A DNA stretch of 64,000 nucleotides from Parcubacteria group bacterium GW2011_GWA2_47_26 (lineage in GTDB: Bacteria; Patescibacteriota; Patescibacteriia; GWA2-47-26): contig LCOG01000005.1 of the NCBI GenBank assembly GCA_001001705.1, forward strand, positions 40,714 through 104,713. The letters are read 5' to 3'. A program made the position numbers and the translations under genes. The notes below the pieces were generated by a model that worked only from the letters and a program-made list of their open reading frames with translations, was not told the DNA's origin and did not search any database. Positions 23,280 to 31,213 of the stretch are shown one piece after another (the first letter of the stretch is position 1; each line of letters starts with the position of its first letter).

Positions 23280-26200
23280 ATGTATAATACTTTGACTTTC
23301 GGGAAGAAAGCCTTTACATGGGCTGTAGTTGTAGCGACAATCGCTTGGGCCATGTCTGCTGCCTTTATTGCCGTTCCTTTGGCACAAGGGCAGACAGCGC
23401 TGGCCGCAGGGGATGTAATTCGCGGAACCGTGCGCTCGCCATTTGGCGGTTACCCGGTTTACTACTACGGATCTGACGCAAAACGGCACCTCTTCCCCAC
23501 AGCGTCAACCTACGCTGCTTGGTTTGGCACAGACTTTAGCCGAGTCCGCGTCTTAACCGAGGCCGAGGTTGGCGCAATTGCTTTGGGAGCAAACGTGACT
23601 ATTCGTCCGGGTTCACGCCTGATTAAGGAAGATGGTCCGGATCCCAAGGTATATGCAGTAGCAACCGGCGCACTACGCCGACATGTTGCTTCTGAAGCGG
23701 TAGCAGTTGCTCTTTACGGAGCCAACTGGGCCCGCGAAGTAGTAGCTGTTCCCACCGGTTTTCTTGTTAATTACACAGAAGGGACAGCAATCAGCGCAGT
23801 GGCTGATTATGACAAGACCGCGATCACAGCGGCTAATCCGGATCTCGGTACAGCCATGGGGCTTGCCGCTACTCCGGCAACCGCAGTCCCAACCGGCGCG
23901 CTTTCTGTAGCTTTGGCTTCAGATAGTCCGGCGGGAGCAGTCCTTCCAGGGGGTGTGACTTCGGTGGTGGCTCTTAAGTTCAACGTAACTGCCGGCACCG
24001 CAGCGCAAACTATTACTGGAATTACTGTGCAGAGTGTGGGAGTTGGATCAGCGAACGATTTCGGCGCGATTTATATTTATGACGGCGCGACTCGTTTGAC
24101 TTCCGGCCGCACGCTTACTTCACAGGGACGGCAAGCAGAGTTTGCCGCACTCAATATTGCAGTAGCGGCAAATACTGCCAAGGCTCTTTCGGTTGTGGTT
24201 GATGTCAATTCCTTGACCGCAGGAACCGTTGCAACCGCTGGTGATACGCACGCCTTCCGAGTGAGCGCGCTTGGCACCACGGCTGCAGTGTCGGGCTTGC
24301 CGGTCACTGGCTCAACCATGTCAATTGGTTCACAAGGGGTTTCAACCGTAATTTTGACGCGCGGTTCTGATCCATCAAATCCCACGATTGGACAAACCGG
24401 CGTGGCCATTGGCGAGTTCCGTCTTACAGCCGGAACCAATGATGTTGAGCTTCGCCGCGCGGTAGTTACCGTCGGCGGCACCGTAACAGTTTCGGACTTG
24501 AGTGCTTTTGCTTTGTATCAGGGCGCAACCAAACTGGCCGATGGAGCAGTAGTATCTGACCGCGTCACTTTTGATCTGGGCAGCACTCCTTTTGCCTTGG
24601 GTCAGGGGACTAATCGGTTGTTTACGGTAAAAGCCAATGTTTCCGGTCGCGGAGCTCGCACAATTAGCACTTACATTGATTCAACTTACCCATCAGACCT
24701 ATTAGTGGTTGATAAAGTGTACGGCTATGGCGCGACTGTCACCTTTACGAGCTTTGCTGCGGTGGCAACTGCTGTAGCTACTCCCGCAACAGGCGGTTCA
24801 TTTGTAACCAGCCAGGGCGGCCGAGTAACTGTGGCCTTCAACGGCCCGTCAGCATCGGATGTGTCTTTGGGTTCACAAGATGTTCAGATGTATAAATTCT
24901 CGCTCACGGCCGGCGATCAAGCGCTGGATATTCGCGAGATAGAATTAAGCCTAGCAGAAGCTGGCGCTCAAGTTGCGGGCGCGCTTCAAAACGGCACAAC
25001 CAACTACTTTACTGATGTCAAGATTAAAGATGCCGACACGGGCGCAACGCTTATGGGACCAGTTGAGCTTTCCGGCGCAACAGTCACCAGCGGAACATCC
25101 CTAACTGCGGCATCGTCCGCGGTCTGGGACAATGATTTGACCCAATCCTGGACGCTTAACGCGGGACAGACTCGCAATCTTTTGGTAACCATGGACGTTG
25201 CTTCAAGTGAAGTAACCGCCAACGATATTGCAACACGCGGATGGGCTGTTACTTTGCGCGTATTCCCCGCAGGATCTATTCGCGAGGTCTCCACCAATCA
25301 GAACGTTGCAACAACTGACATAGTTGGCGGCCAAGCGGCTGTGACTGGAAACACTATGACGGTTCGCGCCAGCGCTCTAACAGTGCAGTTGGCCTCAACA
25401 CCGGTTTCCGGCACAACAGTTAAGGGCGCAAGCAATGTGCAAATGGTCGGATTCTCGTTTGCGGCTGGGTCTCAATCGCCGGTCAGGGTTACACAGATTG
25501 TGATGACTGGCCAAGGCGACGACACGGGTGGCACTTACACTGCGGGAGAGTTTGATGATGTGGTAATCACGGCTCGGCTCTACGACGGCGATACCGCGGT
25601 ATCGGTCGCAAAATCTCCCACCACCGCAGGTGTTATCACCTTTGATAACATGGACTGGACAATTCCGGCCGGCGCGACCAAGAGATTAGTGGCACGCGTC
25701 AATGTGTCAACTTCGCTGATGTCCAGCGCCGCGGATACTGCTTGGCTTGGTATTAATGCCGCCGCAGATATCACGGCACAGGACAGAGACAGTAATACTG
25801 TAACAGCAACTGACGGCGATGCAGTTTGGGGCGTAACAGCCAGCGTTGGCGGAGTAACTAATAACACGCCGACTGTGGTGTTGACGGTCGGCAATTCCGG
25901 AACGCTCACGGCTGATCTGGATGGCGATTCACCGCTTTCAGCCATTATTTTGGGCGGCGCGTCCAACGTCAACATGACTAAGTTTAAGTTCTTGGCCGCC
26001 AATGAGGACTTCCTTGTAAGACGGTTGAGAATCTCCAATGATGCCGCTGCTGATGATACCGGCATTGTGCAGGTAAAGATTACTTATCCGAAACAGGATG
26101 GAACTCTGGAGACCAAGACCGGAGTGCTTGCTTCAGCCAACGCTAACTTCAGCGATCTTAACTTCTATGTGCCGCGCGACAGGACAACGGTAATGACGGT

Positions 26201-27047
26201 TGCCGCTGATTACGCAACCATTTCGGAATCTGGCGTATCAGGCGACACCCCGACCTTCCGCCTTGACTTCAACGGCACATTTGAAGCGGTTGGCGCGGCT
26301 TCAGGATCATCCTTGGATGAAGGCAGTGATGTGCATGGCACTGGCCAGACTACGCTATGTTCCGATGGCGGCGGGTTGTCAACTTGTTACGCTGATACCT
26401 CCACGCTTTCCGGTTATGCCATGACTGTGCGCAAGTCCAAGCCTACGGTAACCTTGTCCGCAGCTTCACCGGCCGGCGCTTCAGTGCCCGGATTGAATGA
26501 GGCACTGCGCTTCACGGTTGCCGCTGATGCTGCTGGTGATATCGTACTTGATGTGCTTACCTTTAAGGTAACCAGTACATGTAACGCGAGCACCTGTTCT
26601 ACAACAGTAGGTTGGAACCGACTTGGCAATGCCAGCAGTGGAGCGGTTACAACTGCAGCAGGCTGGTCGCTTTACGATGCCGCCGATCTGACCACCCAGC
26701 TTGAAGCAGGAGACGGCGATTGGGCCCTTTATGGCACAGACGCAGCTGATGGCACACTTTCGGGAACCGAGAAGGTTGGCTATGCACGACTGGCTTTGAC
26801 AACCTCGCGTACCATTGCCGCCGGCACTTCCAAAACCTATGTCTTGAAAGTAGATACCACTGGCGCGTCAACTTCAAGCGATGACACAGTTCGGTTTGAT
26901 GTGCTTGAAGAGGCCGGATCAGTCAATACCACCCTTGCCGCATTAACTGAATTCCAATGGGATGAAGTTGGTTCTGGCGCCGTGGCTGACATTGATGGCA
27001 CACGGGTTAGAAACCTGCCGGTCACTGGTGGAACAATAATCTACTAG
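23280..27047 (+). CDS. Large secreted beta-rich surface protein (1255 aa; candidate S-layer/cell-wall protein)
   Basis: Signal peptide WAVVVATIAWAMSAAFIAVPLAQG. Thr/Ala/Val/Gly-rich repetitive beta-type sequence with very few charged stretches. No catalytic motifs seen. Confidence 0.75.
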   Translation: MYNTLTFGKKAFTWAVVVATIAWAMSAAFIAVPLAQGQTALAAGDVIRGTVRSPFGGYPVYYYGSDAKRHLFPTASTYAAWFGTDFSRVRVLTEAEVGAIALGANVTIRPGSRLIKEDGPDPKVYAVATGALRRHVASEAVAVALYGANWAREVVAVPTGFLVNYTEGTAISAVADYDKTAITAANPDLGTAMGLAATPATAVPTGALSVALASDSPAGAVLPGGVTSVVALKFNVTAGTAAQTITGITVQSVGVGSANDFGAIYIYDGATRLTSGRTLTSQGRQAEFAALNIAVAANTAKALSVVVDVNSLTAGTVATAGDTHAFRVSALGTTAAVSGLPVTGSTMSIGSQGVSTVILTRGSDPSNPTIGQTGVAIGEFRLTAGTNDVELRRAVVTVGGTVTVSDLSAFALYQGATKLADGAVVSDRVTFDLGSTPFALGQGTNRLFTVKANVSGRGARTISTYIDSTYPSDLLVVDKVYGYGATVTFTSFAAVATAVATPATGGSFVTSQGGRVTVAFNGPSASDVSLGSQDVQMYKFSLTAGDQALDIREIELSLAEAGAQVAGALQNGTTNYFTDVKIKDADTGATLMGPVELSGATVTSGTSLTAASSAVWDNDLTQSWTLNAGQTRNLLVTMDVASSEVTANDIATRGWAVTLRVFPAGSIREVSTNQNVATTDIVGGQAAVTGNTMTVRASALTVQLASTPVSGTTVKGASNVQMVGFSFAAGSQSPVRVTQIVMTGQGDDTGGTYTAGEFDDVVITARLYDGDTAVSVAKSPTTAGVITFDNMDWTIPAGATKRLVARVNVSTSLMSSAADTAWLGINAAADITAQDRDSNTVTATDGDAVWGVTASVGGVTNNTPTVVLTVGNSGTLTADLDGDSPLSAIILGGASNVNMTKFKFLAANEDFLVRRLRISNDAAADDTGIVQVKITYPKQDGTLETKTGVLASANANFSDLNFYVPRDRTTVMTVAADYATISESGVSGDTPTFRLDFNGTFEAVGAASGSSLDEGSDVHGTGQTTLCSDGGGLSTCYADTSTLSGYAMTVRKSKPTVTLSAASPAGASVPGLNEALRFTVAADAAGDIVLDVLTFKVTSTCNASTCSTTVGWNRLGNASSGAVTTAAGWSLYDAADLTTQLEAGDGDWALYGTDAADGTLSGTEKVGYARLALTTSRTIAAGTSKTYVLKVDTTGASTSSDDTVRFDVLEEAGSVNTTLAALTEFQWDEVGSGAVADIDGTRVRNLPVTGGTIIY

Positions 27048-27083
27048 TCTGATCTAGGTTTTGCGGTAGCGTATAATCGCAAC

Positions 27084-27125
27084 AACAAAGACCCCCCGAT
27101 GGCCATCGGGGGGTCTGTTGTTTTT
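27084..27125 (+). terminator. Intrinsic terminator
   Basis: CAACAAAGACCCCCCGATGGCCATCGGGGGGTCTGTTG followed by TTTTT. Confidence 0.8.
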
Positions 27126-27178
27126 AGAATGGGTTTGATATTATGTGGCTAGGCCACAAAGCTTTGTGGCCTAAATAC

Positions 27179-27249
27179 GGCTGCGACTCGTTGAAAATTA
27201 CTCGAAATAGCTCTGCTATTCCTGCGTATTTTCAACTTCGTCTCGCTCG
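27179..27249. repeat. Family-K three-tier hairpin (GGCTGCGACT...CTTCGTCTCGCT)
   Basis: GGCTGCGACTCG-TTGAAAAT-TACTCGAAATAGCTCTGCTATTCCTGCGT-ATTTTCAA-CTTCGTCTCGCTCG. Conserved base with covarying upper stems versus 35680-35759. Confidence 0.65.
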
Positions 27250-27287
27250 TATTTTGAAAGAACTATCTCAAAAATGAAAGAGATTAT

Positions 27288-27887
27288 TTGCGGTTTTATA
27301 CCTCGCTTTTTGTTTTCAATGATGAGAATTATCGCGGAGTACTTGGGCTCGATGTAAATGCAGTATTACATCAGTTTTGTGACCAAGTCACAAGTATAGG
27401 TGACTTGGTCACAAAACGCAAACCACTTGTCAATATAGTAAGTTTTTGCTTAATGCCTAACCATTTTCATTTTCTACTTGAACAAATTGCTGAACAAGGG
27501 GTTCCTCGTTTTATGCACCGTATTGCGTTAGGGTATGCTGAATATTTTAATAAGAAAAATGATCGCACTGGCCGTTTATTCGAGGGGCCATTTAAAGCAG
27601 TGCTTGTTCAGCGCGACGCTCAACTAGAACATTTGCCACGCTATATTCACTTGAATGCTTTAGATCTTATTACTGATTTAAATTGGGGGGAGGGGAAGAT
27701 TGCCGATTGGGCTCGCGCGGAAAAATTTTTAGAAGAATATTCCTGGTCCAGTCATGGGATGTATCTCAATAAACCGCAGTTGTTGCCGGTTATTAAAAAA
27801 GCAATAGTAGAACAAATATTTGATACACCAGAAAAATACATCAATTTTTTAAAACAGTGGCTAGGCCACTGCGAAATTGTGGCCTAG
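27288..27887 (+). CDS. REP-associated tyrosine transposase (RAYT, IS200/IS605-like Y1 HUH family), apparently 5'-truncated
   Basis: HUH motif CLMPNHFHFLLEQ and Tyr motif LPRYIHLNALD. The only available start is TTG, with an in-frame TGA at 27255-27257. The usual N-terminal ~30 aa are missing. Confidence 0.7.
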   Translation: MRFYTSLFVFNDENYRGVLGLDVNAVLHQFCDQVTSIGDLVTKRKPLVNIVSFCLMPNHFHFLLEQIAEQGVPRFMHRIALGYAEYFNKKNDRTGRLFEGPFKAVLVQRDAQLEHLPRYIHLNALDLITDLNWGEGKIADWARAEKFLEEYSWSSHGMYLNKPQLLPVIKKAIVEQIFDTPEKYINFLKQWLGHCEIVA

Positions 27888-27915
27888 CCACATAATCGTG
27901 GTATAATATAAAACT

Positions 27916-29943
27916 ATGCGGCGATTTCTAATCACTACCCTGCTTTTAGCGTTCGCTTTCCCGGCCCATGCTTTGCCGCGCTATCCGGCGGATCCGGAGG
28001 CGTTTGGGGAGCAGTGGCATTTGCAAAGAATTGAAGCTTATGAAGCATGGTCGCGCACCACAGGTTCCTCCGAAGTAGTTGTGGCGGTGTTGGATACAGG
28101 AGTGGATATGAATCATCCGGACATCGCGGCGAATTTGTGGCGCAATCCAGGCGAGGTTCCCGACGGGCGGGATAATGACAGCAATGTTTATGTTGATGAT
28201 ATAAATGGCTGGGATTTTATTGATGGTGATAATGATCCCTCGCCAAATTCTATTGAGCCGGGAGCGCGATCGGAAGCGGTGCATCACGGGACAGTGGTGG
28301 CGGGAATGATTGGGGCGGTGGGCAACAATGGCATTGGTGGAGCGGGGGTGAACTGGAATGTGCGCATTATGCCTTTGCGGGTTTTGGATTCACAAGGCCG
28401 GGGCGACACTGATACTGTACGCGCGGCAATTAAATACGCAGTGGCTAAAGGCGCGGATATTATTAATTTGTCCTTTGTGGGGCCAGGTTTTGATCCGGGG
28501 TTTTTCTTAACTCTAAGGGAGACGTTTCAGGCCGGCGTCCTCGTAGTTGCCGCGGTCGGCAATGAAAGCAATTCCGGAACTGATTTGGACCAGAACCCGA
28601 TGTATCCGGTATGTTACTCGGGCGGCACTGGCGAAGATGTGGTTTTGGGGGTGGCGGCGCTGGATCGCAATGATCGCAAGCCAGTGTTTTCCAATTATGG
28701 CGCCAACTGCGTTGATTTATCCGCGCCCGGCGTTGATTTGTACAGCACGCAATTTCATGAGCCGAGCAGGGGGTATCCCGCGCTTTTTGGTCGGGGTTGG
28801 ACCGGCTCATCAATGGCCGCGCCTATAGTTTCCGGCGTAGCGGCTTTAATCAAGGCGCAGAATCCGGTTTATTCGGCTGTGGAAATTCGTGAAATTTTAT
28901 TGAATACAGCGGATCCGCTTGATCTTATAAATCCGGGTTTTAATAGCAAGCTTGGCAAGGGTCGAGTTAATGCCCGACGGGCCGTGGAGCTAGCGGCATC
29001 CGGGGGCATACCGATGTTTGGCCCTTCCTTGGGCATACCTTATGTTTTGAATGCGCCGTATTCCGCAGCAGTTCCTACAGTTAAAATTTCACGTCCTTCG
29101 GGCATGATGGCGCGCTCTTTCAGCGCTTACGCGCCAACTTTTAAAGGAGGAGTGCGTGTTTCCGCGGGAGACATAAATGGCGACGGACGGAGCGATATTG
29201 TTACAGGGGCGGGTTTGGGCGGCGGGCCGCAGGTGCGAATTTTTAGCGTGGATGGTCGGGTGATTGGCGGTTTTTTTGCTTATGATACGCGATTCAGGGG
29301 CGGGGTCAGCGTGGCAGTGGGAGATGTAAATGGCGATGGGGTGTCCGAGATTGTTACAGCGCCAGGCCCGGGCGGCGGGCCGCACATCCGGATTTTTGAC
29401 GGCCAAGGCCGGCCGCAGGGCGGATTTTTTGCCTATGGGCAGGAGGCGCGATCCGGATTGAGCGTGGCAGTTGCTGATATTGATGGAGACGGACGAGCGG
29501 AAATAATTACTGCTCCCGGGCCAGCGAATGGTTCAACAGTCAAGATTTTTGATAATCGCGGAAGACTTAAGGGAAATTTTAATGCGTTCCCTTCCTCTTT
29601 TGTCGGGGGTGTGAATGTCGGAGCGGGTGATGTTGATGGCGATGGCACAGTTGAGATTATTGTCGCGCCCAGATCTAAAGAGATTCCGGAGGTACGCATT
29701 TATTCGGCGAGCGGTTCGTGGCAGAGGGCATTTCTGGCTTATACCGAGACGTTTCGCGGGGGTGTGAATCTCTCTGTCGGAGACACGGATCGTGATAATA
29801 TTGCGGAGATTATCACTGGCGCGGGGCCGGGCGGCGGCCCGCATGTGGCGGTGTTTGACGGTTTTGGGCGGGTGAAAAACCAGTTCTTCCCCCTTGATAA
29901 GACTTTTAAAGGAGGGGTGAGTGTTGGTATAATAAGGTTGTGA
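27916..29943 (+). CDS. Secreted subtilisin-like serine protease (S8) with C-terminal FG-GAP repeats
   Basis: Signal peptide, then D/H/S triad motifs VAVLDTGVDMNHPD, HGTVVAGMIGA and GSSMAAPIVSGVAALI. C-terminal repeats GDINGDGRSDIVTGAGLGGGPQVRIF x ~7. Confidence 0.9.
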   Translation: MRRFLITTLLLAFAFPAHALPRYPADPEAFGEQWHLQRIEAYEAWSRTTGSSEVVVAVLDTGVDMNHPDIAANLWRNPGEVPDGRDNDSNVYVDDINGWDFIDGDNDPSPNSIEPGARSEAVHHGTVVAGMIGAVGNNGIGGAGVNWNVRIMPLRVLDSQGRGDTDTVRAAIKYAVAKGADIINLSFVGPGFDPGFFLTLRETFQAGVLVVAAVGNESNSGTDLDQNPMYPVCYSGGTGEDVVLGVAALDRNDRKPVFSNYGANCVDLSAPGVDLYSTQFHEPSRGYPALFGRGWTGSSMAAPIVSGVAALIKAQNPVYSAVEIREILLNTADPLDLINPGFNSKLGKGRVNARRAVELAASGGIPMFGPSLGIPYVLNAPYSAAVPTVKISRPSGMMARSFSAYAPTFKGGVRVSAGDINGDGRSDIVTGAGLGGGPQVRIFSVDGRVIGGFFAYDTRFRGGVSVAVGDVNGDGVSEIVTAPGPGGGPHIRIFDGQGRPQGGFFAYGQEARSGLSVAVADIDGDGRAEIITAPGPANGSTVKIFDNRGRLKGNFNAFPSSFVGGVNVGAGDVDGDGTVEIIVAPRSKEIPEVRIYSASGSWQRAFLAYTETFRGGVNLSVGDTDRDNIAEIITGAGPGGGPHVAVFDGFGRVKNQFFPLDKTFKGGVSVGIIRL

Positions 29944-30129
29944 AGGACATCTGTATCGGCAACTCGCGCAAAAACCGCACTCGGTTTTCCCAGCGTGAAA
30001 ACCGGTGCTTGTGCTCAGCCTCGCTCGCCCCGACAGCGGTCGGGGCACCATGCCCGCTCGGCTTCCGCAACATTTTTGCTGCGAGCCGCCAACACAGATA
30101 TCCTTAGAGGAGGAGAAAAGGAAAATTGT

Positions 30130-31146
30130 ATGCCTAAGATTCCAATTTTCGAAAAAAAGAATGTGCTTATAACCGGAGGCGCGGGGTTTCTGGGAAGTTT
30201 TTTGTGCGAGGCGCTTTTGAAGGAGGCCAAGGTTATTTGCCTGGATAATTTGATTTCCGGCGCGCTTGTGAACATTGAGCACCTTTTGAAATATGAGGAT
30301 TTTATTTTTATAAAACACGATATTAACGAGCCAATTGATGTTTCAAAATGGCCAGAGCTAGATCGTTTTAAAATTAAATTTCAGGGGCTGCAAGAAATAT
30401 ATCATCTTGCGTGTCCGACCTCGCCGAAAGATTTTGACAAGTATAAGATTGATACCCTGAAGGTTAATGCGGTGGGTCTTTTAAATTTACTGGAGATTGC
30501 CGCGCAGTGGAAATCCAAAGTGCTTTTTACTTCTTCCTCCGTGATTTACGGGCCTAGACCGGCGGATGGCAGTTTTGTGGCCGAGGATTATAAAGGTGTT
30601 GTTGATCATCTCTCGCCGCGCGCCTGTTATGACGAGGGCAAGCGTTTTTCTGAAACAATGCTTGCAACTTTTAGCGAGGTTTTTGGCGTAGACGCTCGGA
30701 TCGCACGCATCTTTCGCACTTATGGTCCACGGGCTAAACTGCGCATTGGCGAGATGATTCCGGATTTTGTGGTTAATGCTTTAGAAAATAAGCCATTGGA
30801 AATTTACGGCGACAAGAGTTTTCGCACCTCGCTTTGCTATGTGTCGGATTTGGTGGATGGACTTATTAAACTCATGCATGCCGAGACCAATCCCGGCCCG
30901 GTAAATTTAGGAAGCGATCAAGATGTCCTTCTTGTTGAAGTTGCGCGAAAGATTATTGAAATGACCGACTCTTCATCCAAAGTTGTTTTTAAAGCGCCTT
31001 TGCTTTTTATGTCGCAGTTGCCTTTGCCGGATATTGTGAGGGCCAAGGATGAGCTCGGTTGGTTTCCGGTCGTGCGGCTTGAGGATGGACTGAAAGCTAT
31101 GATTGAATACGCGCAGGCGCATCGGCAGTTATTAGGGGCGCGGTAG
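30130..31146 (+). CDS. NAD-dependent epimerase/dehydratase, UDP-glucuronate decarboxylase (UXS)-like
   Basis: VLITGGAGFLGSFLCEALL Rossmann motif. SSSVIYG...CYDEGKRFSETM (YxxxK). I prefer the ATG at 30130 over the track's start at 29995, which lies in a GC-rich non-coding block. Confidence 0.8.
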   Translation: MPKIPIFEKKNVLITGGAGFLGSFLCEALLKEAKVICLDNLISGALVNIEHLLKYEDFIFIKHDINEPIDVSKWPELDRFKIKFQGLQEIYHLACPTSPKDFDKYKIDTLKVNAVGLLNLLEIAAQWKSKVLFTSSSVIYGPRPADGSFVAEDYKGVVDHLSPRACYDEGKRFSETMLATFSEVFGVDARIARIFRTYGPRAKLRIGEMIPDFVVNALENKPLEIYGDKSFRTSLCYVSDLVDGLIKLMHAETNPGPVNLGSDQDVLLVEVARKIIEMTDSSSKVVFKAPLLFMSQLPLPDIVRAKDELGWFPVVRLEDGLKAMIEYAQAHRQLLGAR

Positions 31147-31171
31147 GGTTGGCGTACCACGGCGACCATAC

Positions 31172-31198
31172 AGGGCTTCCCAGCCCTATTTTTTTTGT
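31172..31198 (+). terminator. Intrinsic terminator
   Basis: AGGGCT-TCCC-AGCCCT followed by ATTTTTTTTG. Confidence 0.7.
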
Positions 31199-31213
31199 GT
31201 ACACTCCAATACT

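Larger units (their letters stand above)
27143..27893 (+). mobile_element. RAYT unit: IS200-like Y1 (HUH) transposase gene flanked by inverted REP-type hairpins
   Basis: Left ATGTGGCTAGGCCAC (27143-27157) and right GTGGCCTAGCCACAT (27879-27893) are inverted copies. Each flank is itself a GTGGCTAGGCCAC...GTGGCCTA hairpin. Confidence 0.7.

Noticed and set aside
14621-27025. Dozens of 60-160-aa antisense ORFs inside the two giant surface-protein genes.
   Set aside because: All are nested within single uninterrupted + strand ORFs of 2186 and 1255 codons with coherent domain repeats. They have no independent start or SD signals.
29533-30318. 261-aa minus-strand ORF, and the 29995 start of the + strand ORF, spanning the GC-rich spacer upstream of the UXS-like gene.
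   Set aside because: The minus ORF runs antisense through the end of the protease gene and the start of the UXS gene with low-complexity composition. The UXS Rossmann motif begins right after the ATG at 30130, which has its own GGAGGAG SD.
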